Assembly (NCBI RefSeq): GCF_964188315.1 | Contig: NC_135673.1 | Coordinates: 27,838,001 to 27,902,000 of the forward strand | Direction: 5' to 3' | DNA: 64,000 nt | Origin: Podarcis muralis | Lineage: Eukaryota | Part shown: one piece after another, positions 37,631 to 50,279 of the stretch | How positions within the stretch are numbered: position 1 is the stretch's first letter | Layout: each line of letters begins with the position of its first letter | Translations under genes and position numbers: made by a program | The notes under the pieces: model-generated | The model's input: only the letters and a program-made list of their open reading frames with translations | The model's database searches: none | Told to the model about the DNA's origin: nothing

Positions 37631-39605
37631 GTGAGTTGGGTGCGTACCATTGAGGTTTTTTCTACAATCAAGCAGTATAAATTTTTTATTAAATAAATAA
37701 ATAGGTTAATTATGTGTGCGCTTAAACTGCCTCACTTTGTATGACACACTATGTAGGGCTGCGGGAAATTGTGCTGTGCACACTGACTTTGGAAATCTCT
37801 CCTTTTAGATGCATGGACAGCAATGCTGTTGTTGGTCTTCTGTCACCAAGTCAACTCCTAGTCAACTCCCTGGCTTTTTGATGACTTGCTCAGCCTACTC
37901 TTGGGTGTTAGGTTGCCTTTGTTCGTACTGCTTGCTTTTTTATTTTTAAATTGTATCTGGTTTCCATCTATATTTTTATTGCTAGAAACTGCTTTTGGAC
38001 TTTTGGTACACACACACACACATTCCAGTTCAGGTTGGGATTAAACAGACAACTGGATAATTCAGAATAACATTTGACAGGTAGCAATAAGACAATACAC
38101 ATCCCTGCAAACATGATACTTTTAGCACATACTGGTTTTAGTTTATTTTTTATTATGATATTTATGTCTGTATGCATGCATTTCAAGGTGGTGTACAGTT
38201 GTATAATAAAATATTCTACGAACATATACAAAACCAATCAAAATAAAGTTCAGTAGCTTATACTGAATGTACACAATGATAGATTGTGTTCTGCATGCTG
38301 ATAGTGTCACTAGTCCAAACATTTTCGAACTGGTGAAAGAAAATGTCTGAAAATTGTGACATTGGAAGCAAATGAAAGACCAGGTGAAGTTGACTACTGA
38401 GCCATGACTGAATAGAGCCTTGTTGCGCCACAAGTAGGTCTAGGTTGTGCCTGGCGCAAAGAGGATGAAACATCATAGCCAGGAGCAATAAAGGCAACAT
38501 ATTTGTTGAAATTAAACATTGGAAGAGTTTTTCTGCTCCACGGAAGAGACCAGGAAAGATAATTGCAGAGCTGTAACCTAGTCCAGTTGCTGGTAATCCA
38601 CCTGACAGGGAGATGGTGTTGGAAGAGGCAAAAGTCCCTCAAGCAATGTCCTACTAAATCAATTCCTCTTGGAAATACATGTTATTTGCCTCTCCCACCC
38701 CTTATATATTCCCCTTGAGGAGGGAAACTCCCTTGCAGATCCAGCCAGCCAGCTCTGCAGTGACTCCAGCAGCTGATTATAGATGAAATGCTACCTGAAG
38801 ATAGAGTGAGCTACTTTTCTCTTTTAGGAGAGGGCCAGAATACAAGGTATGGTAGTATTTCCTTCCTCAGTACAAGCCAGGGGAGGTGCCCAAATTAAAC
38901 ATTACTATAACTCAGCTCTAACAGCAGGTCAACAATGGGAGAATTTGGGAGAGGAGCCTGTGGAATCTCTTTCCTTGAAAGTCAGTAAGCCAAACTTGTT
39001 AGGTGTCTGGAAGAAGTTTAGACTGAGCTGCATTGTGTAGAAGAGGGTTTTGGCCAGATGAAGCTTATTATGGGAAGTAGGCCAGGTGCCCCTTTTCATA
39101 CCAGGCAGCCCAGTTTTCCCAGCACTGTCTGAGCTGTTGTACTCTTGCATTGTTTGTCCAGAAGTGTAAATTGTGTGGTGGGTGGTAGACTTCCTTTTTC
39201 ATAACAAATCAGCAAGCTCACAGGTCATCACTGCTGTGCACCGTGAATTGAATCATCAAATGCCCCTGGGAAAGAAAAGGAAACATCTCTCTCAGTGGGT
39301 TCATGGGGCATCCATACTGCCCTGGCCCCCTACAACTTCCCTGAAGGGAGCAGAACAGGACATCATTATAAACCACTTTCCAAGGACATTTCAGGAATCA
39401 ATATATGACTTGTGGCAGTGACAACTCTAACTTGCTGTCCTGCCAATTAATGAAGTAAAGCCACCTCATCTCCTAATAAGAACCCTGACCCAGATTGAAT
39501 TAGAATTAATTTTCTACAGTTGCCTAGTTTAGGTCAGTCATTTTGCCTTTTCTATAGATTTTTAGGGTTTTGAGTTTATGACATATTGTTGAGTTTTATG
39601 ATGCA

Positions 39606-40460
39606 TGAAGAATTTTAAGCATTGGTAGCTGCCACAGAAGATGGAATTGGGATTCTAGATGACCTTAACAGATTGGAGATCTGGGCCAAAACTATAACAA
39701 AATGAATTTTGATAGGGACAAATGCAAGGTAGGAATGCACTTTGGCAGGAAGAACCAACCGCACAAATATAAGATTGGGGGGTGGGCACCTAGCTTGCCA
39801 GTACAAGTGAAAAAGTTAATGTAATTCAACAGCATGATGCAAGCAGCAAAAAAAAAAAAAAAACAAAAACAAGCTAATACTATTTAGGCTGCATAAACAG
39901 AAGTATAGTGTGCAGATTAAGGGCAGTAATAGTACCACTCTATTCTGCCTTGGTCAGACCACACCTGGAATACTGTGTCCAGTTCTGGGCACCACAATTT
40001 AAGAAGGATATTGACAAGTGGGGATGTGTGCCGATGAGATCAACCAAGATGATCAAGAGTCTGGAAACCAAGCCTTATGAGGAATGGTTGAGGGAATTGG
40101 GTATGTTTAGAAAAGATATGATAGACAGAGAGGAGATATGATAGACATCTTCAAATATCTAAAAAGCTGTCACATGGAAGAAGGATCAAGCTTGTTTTCT
40201 CCTGCTTCAGAGAGTAGGACCAGAACCAGTGGCTTCAAGTTACAAGAAAGGACATTCTGACTAAACATTAGGAAGAACCTTTTGATGGTAAGAGGAGAGA
40301 AGTAGACTCCCTTGGAAGGTGGAAGATTCTCCATCATTGGAAGTTTTTAAGTCAAGGTTGGATGGCCATAGGCCGTGGATGCTTTAGTTGAGATTCCTGC
40401 ATTGCAGAAGGACTAGATGCCTCTTGGAGTCCTTTCCAACTACAATTCTATGATTCTATG
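39606..40460 (+). mobile_element. CR1 LINE 3' fragment
   Basis: Degenerate RT C-terminus ([25 protein letters not shown]) and ttctatgattctatg tail. Confidence 0.9.
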
Positions 40461-43400
40461 CCTTGAATATATTTCTTGGAAGGAAATATGCATATTATTT
40501 ATTTAATTCATTCGGAGGGGTGATGACCGGTGAATGGGGTGTAATTCATTTAAGTGGTATTGATTTTGATCTGGGTGAGAAATCAGAAGTGGACCTGCTC
40601 ATTTGTGGATGAATTACCAATTCATTGAATAGTTTATTTATTAGCAGTACAGTAAGCCTGCAGTTTATGCGGGGGGTATGTTCCAGGGATTGTGCCTAAA
40701 GCCAAAATCACATATAGTCAGACACATTGGGTTAAATGATGAGTAGGAATCTCAAAGTTATTTCTCCCAGAACCTGGCCCCCTTTCTGCCCTCTTTTTTT
40801 ATTTCTGCCAGACGCATAAAACTAAATCCGCCCAAATTAAATGCATGTAAATTGTGGGCTTACTGTATTTTGAGTGGGGAATTAATTAGCTTTCCTCCTG
40901 TGAAATTTAATTATTTCTAAATTTGTATCTACAAAGAGATTGGTCTATGCAATTCAGATAAATCAATATATGCAAATTTATGCAAATTGGGGTACATTTT
41001 TTTCTTTTAGAAAATTACATTTTCAGTGGCACATAGCCCCTTTTTTGATGATACGAAGCCAAGGGGCATAGTGTCTATGGAAACCAGGGTGTCCAGCATT
41101 ACATCTTGTGGTGCCCACAAATGTCTCAGTAAGTCTTTGTTGAAAAAACACTGCTCCTTGCTAAATTTGGGCTTTGCCTATTCTTCCTTAAACATTCCCA
41201 CATTTTGTTGGCTGCTAAGGTTGGAGTCCCCTCATCCCTTCCATTCTGGACTTGCTCTTGAGAGCAAGTGCTTCGGTGACTGCTGCTGGCACTTGTCTCT
41301 TTTTCTACTCTTCTCAAAGTGGCAGCCATTTTGTGATGGGCACCCATGGTACTCTCTCCAAATTCCAAATGCGCCCACTAACCGAAAAACGTTGGAGACT
41401 CCATTGCTAAGTGGCCACCCTAATTAATAGGGCTGGAAAAGTCATCTACTGGAATTTTCTCTTCTACAAAACTACCAAAAGCACAAGAGCACTATTCTAT
41501 TTTGTTTCTGCTCGCCCTAATTGAGTTCCTTTTCACGGATTCTGTGTGAAATAATACTGACATAACCATTAGAAAACATACATCCCATTTCAGTTTCATT
41601 TAATAGAAGCTCTGTGAGACCAAAACCATCAGACAGTTTAAATAATTCCTATATTCTGTCCCTTCACTTTACAGGATTTAAATATTGTGCTAGTTATTAA
41701 AGACGTCCCTTTCTTTCCTTCCCCTCTACCCCAAGGCTAATTTCTAATGATATTCCTAATAAGAATCTAGAACTCACAGCTCTGTTCAGAAGTCATTGCT
41801 CAGCTGTGGAAATGTAACTGTTCAATTTTAATGAAAAATGATACATTTTCTTCAAGACATTTAATAGTGTAGCCTTGGCAAAATGTCATCTAGATGTTCC
41901 CAAAGTTGTTGTTGTTGTTTTAAATCCATAAAGGTTTTAATTGCATGCAGGAGACTTGGGTGTCTGCATTTATAGAAACAGGTTGGCCAGATACCAGCTC
42001 TTTTTAAATACACTGGTTCCTTCTTAATTCACTTGCAGGCATATTTTCTGTTTGATTACTGAATTTCCTTTGAACACCAGCAAAAACCAAAACCCTAAAC
42101 GTGTCTTTCTTGTGCTCTTGGTTACATTTTAAATAAAAAATCCAGTTATAATTAATCCAGGCATCTGGTTGGCAACAGCAGGATGCTGAACTAAAAGGAC
42201 TTCTTTCTGGTTTGAGCTCTTTTTATGTTTGCATGCAGGGGTGCCAACTTGAATAAAATATTGGGATGGGTGGGTAGGTAAGCCCCACCCCACATAAACT
42301 GATCATAAGATGTGGCACATGCACACTATTTAAATGGCAATGCCCATCAGTTTTGCAGGGGACCAGCTGCCTCAAATATTTTATTGGGGGGGGGGCAAAG
42401 GGACCTCAGCCCCTAGGAGTTGGATCCTGTGTTCACATGCATTGATTAAATAATTTATTTCTTCATTCATTTATGCAGTGTACAGACTGTGTAACAGAAA
42501 AATCTCTAAGCACTTTGCAGGAAAGAATGCAACTATAAAAACACAAAGCTAAAATTTAAAGAAATGCAAAAATTTTTTTGCAAAGTGCAGCAAAATATTA
42601 AATCAAAGCACTGAGCAGTTGCTGGAGGTGGGGGGGACTTTTCAACAACCAGAGAAAGCCCGACTGATGAGGGAGAGAAGGATCTCACTTCTCTGGATTG
42701 AATGCAGAACAGAGATAAAGAGATGCCTGTAGGAATTGCATGCCAGTAGATGTGGAAACTTCATGGATCGAGCAAGGAGGCATGATCCCGCTCCACCTTC
42801 ATGCTCTCAGTCATTTCATGAGTAGAATGTGGGGACATTGTGTTGGGGGCATTGAGAGGCTACCTTATACCAGGCGTAGCTAATTACATGTAAACTTATA
42901 TGCGTATGTTACATGCAGAATATGTATAAAAGAGGCAAACCCAATGCTGTACTATATTTCCACAGCACAATTTTAGAAACGAATTAAAACATACATATCA
43001 TTATACAATTATATACATGTTTGCATGTATATGTTTGAAATGCTAGCTTAGGAAACTTGGAATGTATAAGCATATAGCATGCATGTAATATCATTTGTAC
43101 AATAATGCATATATTGATGCATATACTATACTTGAATTTTGTATATATATTAAGCAAAAGGGTACTGCTTCTTGCAGAGATTAAGAAGCAAGACAGGGAT
43201 TAGAAAAAAATTCATGTGGTTAAGATCGACATCAGGATTTTCAGATAATTCCATCCCACATTTTATTACAATTGACATCTACTGTGTCTTTGATGCTTCC
43301 AAACATCCACAAAAAAAAACCTAACTGACATTCATACTTAAGGGGTTGGAGGCATCAACCTTATTTAACTCCAGCATGTCACCAAGGCCATGCTGCAGCT

Positions 43401-44567
43401 CAGTACTGATTCCAGGTAGATGGGACTGCACACGTAGCGGCCAGCCGCTATGCCACATATATAGTTGGATCAGAGCCATCAGATTTTGCTATTCAGCTCA
43501 TTAGAACAGTCCGTGTTGCAAAAGACGATGAAACACTCCTGGATAGATAACAATAACTATTAAAAATAACTGCAGTGTATTTATTTCACACAATGTTACC
43601 GCTGGAAACCTTTCTTTTAATGGTCATTGAGATAACAAGATGAGATTAATGATATCTTCCATTCACAAAGGTAGCAAAACGACCTATTTTCAGTAAAGTG
43701 GAGGCACTTCATCTTAATCAACAGATGGCAAATTAATACTGAAAGGTTTATATATTTTCATTTAGGTACACAAATGCTGGTTCTGTTTTCTGCTATGTTA
43801 TGCTCGTGACTTGTTGGAGGGAAGCTGTTAAGGAGCGAGCTTGGGGGGGGGGAGAAAATGCAAACCATTTGGGGGAAACATATGTTTGTAGTCCGCCTCC
43901 TTCTTTTGCCTGGGCCTCCCTGTGACTCAAGTCTGCAAAGCCTGAGGTATAGCTCTGTTGAAGGGGCAAGGTTTAGGATAGTTAAAAGCATGTGATTCAA
44001 AAAATGTCAATGGCTCCATTCCCCACTCATTTCTTTTTATTTATAAGCTTACTTTCCCCCCTTCACCATATAAGGTCCCAGGGTGACTTACAGCAAAGGA
44101 GTATAAAGTTATAAAACATAAAACTGCTAACAATAATAAAAACAAGTCAATCATTCCAAATGGAACGCAGAAGTATAGATCCAATAAAAGGTGGGTACCA
44201 CAAAACAAAAGATCTTAATTGACAAAGGCCAGGATAAAGAAGTAAATTCAGTTTACGGCAACTGCTGTACAATGAAGGTGAAACAGGCACCTCAGTGGAG
44301 AAGGACTTACACAGCTTAAAGGCTGCCTCTATGGATGTTGGTGACTTCTAACAAAACAGAAAAGGAGGCAGAAATTGCTGCAGTTCACATGTTTGTCTGT
44401 GGTCAGGAACAGAAATCAGTTAAGTAAATGCAATTTGCATTTGTTCATATCATTGTTTTACAGTGTGTTGTGAATGTCTTTTTTCCACATTGCTTTGACG
44501 TTTACACTGAAATGAATGTAAGTTACATAAATAGTTAAATAGTGCAAGACAAATGACAGTATTTGCG

Positions 44568-45535
44568 TGTTGAGTCCCACAATGCCACCCCCCAAAAAAT
44601 TCACACTTCACACATCAATTTTTGTTTAAGGTTTTTGGCATAATTTTGGCCACAACTTTATTCAAAATACAAAAAATGTGAGTGGTTGCTTAGGCATTGG
44701 TTATGACTATCTGTCCTTGCCCTCAAGGACAGAGCTGGCCCTTCCGGACACCAGCGGAAGCCAGCGTGGGAAACAAGTATTGGGTGAGGAAATGAAGCTG
44801 GGCCTCAGTCCCTCACTTCTCACCCTCATGTTCCTGTGGGGCTTGCACGGCCCAAGTCCGATGCCAGGGACAAGGACGAAAAGAATGGCAAGCCCCTGGA
44901 TTCCTTTAACGGAATTCCCTTTCCGCATCATTTGGAGGGGTAGGCACTTACCCCTCCAAGCACCAATTTAACCAATGCCTAACCGCCAGCCTTACAAGTT
45001 GTGACGATTTGCTACGCAGTAGGCAAAAACCAATTGGCACCAGCCAATCAGCCAAATGGCAAAATTCCTACCAGGCCCCCGCTCCAAGGCGGACGACCCC
45101 ATGACAGGCATAGCAAGGTCAAGCGATCAAGAAAAAACCACCCTATTAAAGGGAGGGAGGGCGGGTGATCCGATGCAAAACGGCCAAGAGGACGTCCAAC
45201 GTCTGGCCCCTATATTTAAAGACTCTGACCCCTCCTCCAAATTGGCAACAATCAAAACTCCCCAGCAACCCAATTTCAACCACTTAAAGGCTTGGGTTCC
45301 TCACCAAATCTGCCCAGTCATGTGAGGGTGGCTTGTTCCCCCAACCGCAACACGTGCTCTCTGTTAGGGAGAACACGCTTTGTTGGAAAGTGAACCGTAG
45401 CAGAAAAGAAACAGTGTTGATGGTGACAAGTGAACATTGGAATGGAAATCACTGTCTTCTTGCATCCCCAGCTGTCAGAGAGAAAGTTATCTCTTGAAGG
45501 ACATTCCCACACACTTATGTGGGTGACCTAAGTAC
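44568..45535 (-). mobile_element. Solo-LTR-like element, copy 2
   Basis: Shares tttttgtttaaggtttttggcataattttgg, gcccctggattcctttaacggaat and caacacgtgctctc blocks with copy 1; minus-strand AATAAA at 44657-62. Confidence 0.6.
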
Positions 45536-46304
45536 CAAGAAAGCCCCTTCTGCAGATCTTAGTATTCAAGAAGCTTGGTAGGGATGAAGACAGCCTTTTT
45601 GATATTTGCCTTCCCCACACCCAGTCCATTGCTAGTCTCTAATTTCATAGTTTCATAGTCTTCTGGCAGGAATCTTGTGGTGGACCTATTGATTCTTATT
45701 TGACAGAGTTCTTCTTTAGCCAGTTGTTTGAATTTCTACAGCTACAGATAATTCTGTCTGCCTTGCTAAGGGATGTTAGGAGTGCAGTATGAATGCTGAG
45801 AACTTGGTGTGCCCCCGCCCGCCCCCAGACACAGCTGCTGGCTCAGAGCTTATTGCCAATACTCAGGCTCACCAATCAATAGAACATAATTAAGCAGCTT
45901 CAGAATGCTGCAGGCAAGCTCTGTTGAACACATCTGCTGGCTGAAACTCAAGCTGTGATGAGCATGTCATAGAAAGAGAGTGAATCCAAACCATTTATGG
46001 GTATTAAGGCTGCAGTCTTAAAACATGCTCGCACCTCACTGAACATAGTGGGACTTACTTCAGTGTAAACACACAAAGGACTGGACTGCAAGGTTGCAGT
46101 TCTTTTGGCATACTTAAAAGCAGGGACAGAGAAGCTTTTTCAGCCTAAGGGCTGCATATGTGCTGGGATAACTCAGCAGAGCAGGAGACTCCTAATCTGA
46201 GGGATGTGGTTTTGAACCCAAAATTGAGCAAAATATTCATACATTGCATGGGTTTGGACAGTGCTTTTTTCAGGAGGTACTCAGGGGTATGCAGTACCAG
46301 TACC

Positions 46305-46336
<32 letters not shown>
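46305..46336. repeat. (GTT)n microsatellite
   Basis: Direct reading; lies inside a MITE. Confidence 0.9.
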
Positions 46337-47868
46337 AAAAAGTGTGGCACTTACTGTAACAACTTTATGGTGAGTACCAGCACCTATTTTTCTAGAAAAA
46401 AAGCATTGGGTTGGGACTTGATGACTCTTGTGGTCCCTCCCAACTCTACAGTCCTATGATTCCTTTCTGCCAATGGTGGGTAGAGCCAGAGACAAAAGAG
46501 GCAGAGCAACAAATGCAATTTTTAGTTTTGTACAGTATGCTAGTTTCTGAACATCCCCTCCTCTTTTCTACCCAGACAAGCAAAAGGCATTATCAGGGTT
46601 CACTGACATATTAATAAGGCAACATGCTATAGGAGTCTGTGCAGCATGACATGTGTGTGTGTGGAGAGAGAGAGAGAGAGCAGCTGTGGCTGGGAAGGGT
46701 GTGTGGTGTGGAGAGAGCCCTGCAGGCCAAACAGAGACCTGGTTGGCCACATTTACCCCCTGGGCCTGAGGTTTCTCCGCCCCACTTAAAAAATAGAGAA
46801 TTCCAAAAGAATGTTACAAAAGACAAGGGTTACAAACCATCTGAAATGCAAGTAGAATATGATGTTTCAATTTGTTAGTTTGTGCAATCAATAAACTAAG
46901 GAGATTATAGGTATTAGGTATAAATATAAAAAGATACCTGAGAAGGTTAAGCCAATCATGAGTGAACTGGGGTTCTTAAGTGTACTAAACTACAGGGTTA
47001 TATTTAATTCACTGGACCAAGTTTGAATTTTGATAAGCTGTTGAATAAAAGCAGTTATTCTCTGCAGGTTTTTTTTAATATAGTGGATCGGTCTATTCCA
47101 GTCTGTGTTAATTTCACAAATGTTTATTCATTAGTCCTTTCAGTCTTATTTCCATATTAATCTGCATGTTTTGTTTTTTAAATCTGTATGAAAATTCGTA
47201 CATGAATTTGTATTTAAATACTTTAATATATGTACTTCATAAGAAAATACATATTTATATAATATTTTTGCTCAGTGTATGCATTTCTAAATGTTTTTAT
47301 CCTATAATGCTGAGAGCTGTATTGCAAAGTCAGAGAAGTGTGAAATCCAAAGATTATGTTCCTTTCCATGCATTAGTCCAGGAGGTGAGAATCAAGTTAG
47401 TTTGCCTAAAAATGTAAACCAGACAAAACTGTTCTTCATCCCTACGTGTGGTCCAGGGTGTGATCCATAAGCTGATCAGAGCACACTTATTTGGGAGCAA
47501 GCTTCATTTAGTATAGTGGGACTCACTATGGGATAAACCTGCATAGAATCAGGCTGCATGTTATTAGGGATACAGGAGAAATTTGATGCAGTTCACATTT
47601 AAACCTACCTAACTCACATTTTTCAACAGTATAAGATTTGAAACACAACTATCCTTTGAAATGCGGACTTCTCCAAATTTTACAGGGCAGTTATCCAACC
47701 AGGCAATATGTACAAAAATGTATATAAAAAGTGTTGTATATCGTGAAAATAACATACAAAATGTGTTGTAATAGGGAAAACTTGCTTGTGAAAAAATGTA
47801 TATACTAGACTGAAAGGAGAAATTTGCTCCATAATGCAGATGAATTTTCAAGAGGACCATATACATAA

Positions 47869-47871
<3 letters not shown>

Positions 47872-47908
<37 letters not shown>
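47872..47908. repeat. (TG)n microsatellite
   Basis: Direct reading. Confidence 0.95.
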
Positions 47909-47911
<3 letters not shown>

Positions 47912-48237
47912 GCCAGAAACTGATGAGGAAATGTGAAGGACTGAATTTAAGATTGGGAAAATGAGAAACTGGGAGAATCTGTCCAAAATAGAGATTCACC
48001 CACCCTTACTAAGTGCTTGTCTCAAGCTTCTATTCAAGAAGCTCTAAAACAACTTTTCCTTCAGCTGATAACTCATCTCTGTTGACCATTTGCACAAACA
48101 GTATTCAGCTATGACAGAATGGTTGTATAGCAAGGAGAGTGGTAATATGTCACATTGGTAATAAAATTGATTGACTGATAAAAATTATCATGGACAATGA
48201 TAATATATAAAGTTTTGTTTAATTGTTCTCTTCCTAG

Positions 48238-48384
48238 ATGGTTGCCCAGGTCTGTGTTATGGAAATGGAAGATGCACACTTGATCAGAATGGATGGCACT
48301 GTGTCTGCCAGGTGGGCTGGAGCGGAATGGGATGCAATGTTGTCATGGAAATGATGTGTGGAGACAGCATCGATAATGATGGAG
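48238..48384 (+). CDS. TENM1: Teneurin-1 exon, EGF8 ([49 protein letters not shown])
   Basis: ttcctag acceptor, G|gtacgg donor, 147 nt, phase 1-1; manual translation. Confidence 0.95.
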
Positions 48385-48446
48385 GTACGGGCATGCTTTA
48401 TTACCCCCATGTTTTTTACAATTAGATCCTATGTATTGCCTTTTTG

Positions 48447-48802
48447 AGGGATGCAGGTGGTGCTGTGGGTTAAATCACAGAGCCTAGGACTTGCCGATCG
48501 GAAGGTTGGCGGTTCAAATCCCCGCAACGGGGTGAGCTCCCATTGCTCGGTCCCTGCTCCTGCCAACCTAGCAGTTTGAAAGCGCGTCAAAGTGCAAGTA
48601 GATAAATAGGTACTGCTCCAGCGGGAAGGTAAACGGCGTTTCCGTGTGCCGCTCTGGTTCGCCAGAAGTGGCTTAGTCATGCTGGCCACATGACCGGAAG
48701 CTGTACGCTGGCTCCCTCGGCCAATAAACGAGATGAGCGCTGCAACCCCAGCATCGGTCATGACTGGACCTAATGGTCAGAGGTCCCTTTACCTTTACCT
48801 TT
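48447..48802 (-). mobile_element. Sauria SINE, full length
   Basis: 13-bp TSD tattgcctttttg at 48434-48446 and 48803-48815. Confidence 0.9.
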
Positions 48803-49475
48803 TATTGCCTTTTTGCTGTCTTACTTCCCATCCCGCCGAGGGCTATCTGTAATCAAAAGTAACTTACCATTTAAGTTTTTAGTACTGATCCTGTTTTGAT
48901 TAGCAAGCTTGTTGCTTGCTCGTTTTTAAACTAATTTCACTCTTTTAATTTTCTGTTATTTGTGAGCCTATTTGGGGCTTAAAGCAACTATATCACATGA
49001 ATATTTAAACTGGCAAATAAACAAAGTGAAGGACCACACCACAGAGTGCACAATTCAGACACGATTCTCTGAAGTGGGATAATAATGTGTCCTCCCAACC
49101 ATTTCTTCCCACCTCCAAACTCTTCATCTTCAAATATGCACATAACATTAAAGGCACCTCTCTCAATCTGAAACAGTGCAACAGATGCACAGCTGTGGAG
49201 TGCTGATTTGAGCTTGTGGCGTACATCTGTGCCATGCTGGCAGGACTTAATGATAGCAGCCGTGTTCAGCTGATGCCCGCTGTGGCAAAAATTTCTGAGT
49301 TTTCTGAGAAATTGCCACATTTTACTACTTTCATTTTATTCCTGTTTGCCTCTCCCACTTTGCTCCTTTGGCACAGCAGCCACAAGTTTCCTGACTGGGA
49401 GTGGCCTAAAATATCTGGAGGGCACCAGGCTGGCAAAAGATGATCTAAGATGATATTTCAAATCTGCTGAAAAGG

Positions 49476-49477
<2 letters not shown>

Positions 49478-49510
<33 letters not shown>
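49478..49510. repeat. (CA)n microsatellite
   Basis: Direct reading. Confidence 0.95.
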
Positions 49511-49513
<3 letters not shown>

Positions 49514-50279
49514 TTTGTATGTCCAGCTATTGTTCAAAAAGCAGCAGAGATGGTTCCATATAAACTGCCTGGAAAGCCTGTGCTGAAATCTCTGAGTGTG
49601 ACATTCTCACATTAGAGCCTCAGGCTCCAGAATAATGGCACTACCTAAAACCAGAACCAACAAGACTGCAGATTGCAAGCAGTCTGGGTGAGGATCACAT
49701 CACTTCTAAGCTTTCTGTAGAGCATAGAGCATGCTGTGGCTCTACAGAGATGTGTCCAAGCCTCCAAGCAGATATTCACTCTGATTACCAGATATTCTTA
49801 CTTAGGCTGTGCAGCTGGTATTGAGTAAAAGCGGAAGTGTTCCAAATTTGATCCAGGCCCCAATCTTGCCATCCTACAACCTGCAGTTACAGCCCTCCTT
49901 TGACCCCCATCCTTCTAAACCCCCCCCCTTGAAAAGAGCAACAGACAATGGTAGTTTTTATTGGTGTTTTTGCATACAAAATAAGATCTCCAAAACCAAG
50001 GCCTCAAAAAACAATCCCAGCAGCAGAAGTTGAAACAATTTTAATGTTGTTATGTATTGCTTTTATATCCTGCCTTTCCTTCTGGAGGAGCCCTGAATGG
50101 CAAACATATCTGTACTATAAAATATTATAGGAAGCATCCTAAAAACAGTGTCTGTTAATGTCAGTGGGCTGGACTAACAAAGGGTACAATCCTAGCAAGT
50201 ATGTAGCTTGTGGACGCATCTATGCTGTTAGAGTCCAAAGTGCCCTCTGTAACTAGGAGTGCCTTCATTTTGTACACCA

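Noticed and set aside
42321-42335. GCA CAC TAT TTA AAT (AHYLN) resembling the EGF7/8 micro-exon
   Set aside because: No AG acceptor or donor at the right spacing, and it sits inside a dispersed repeat
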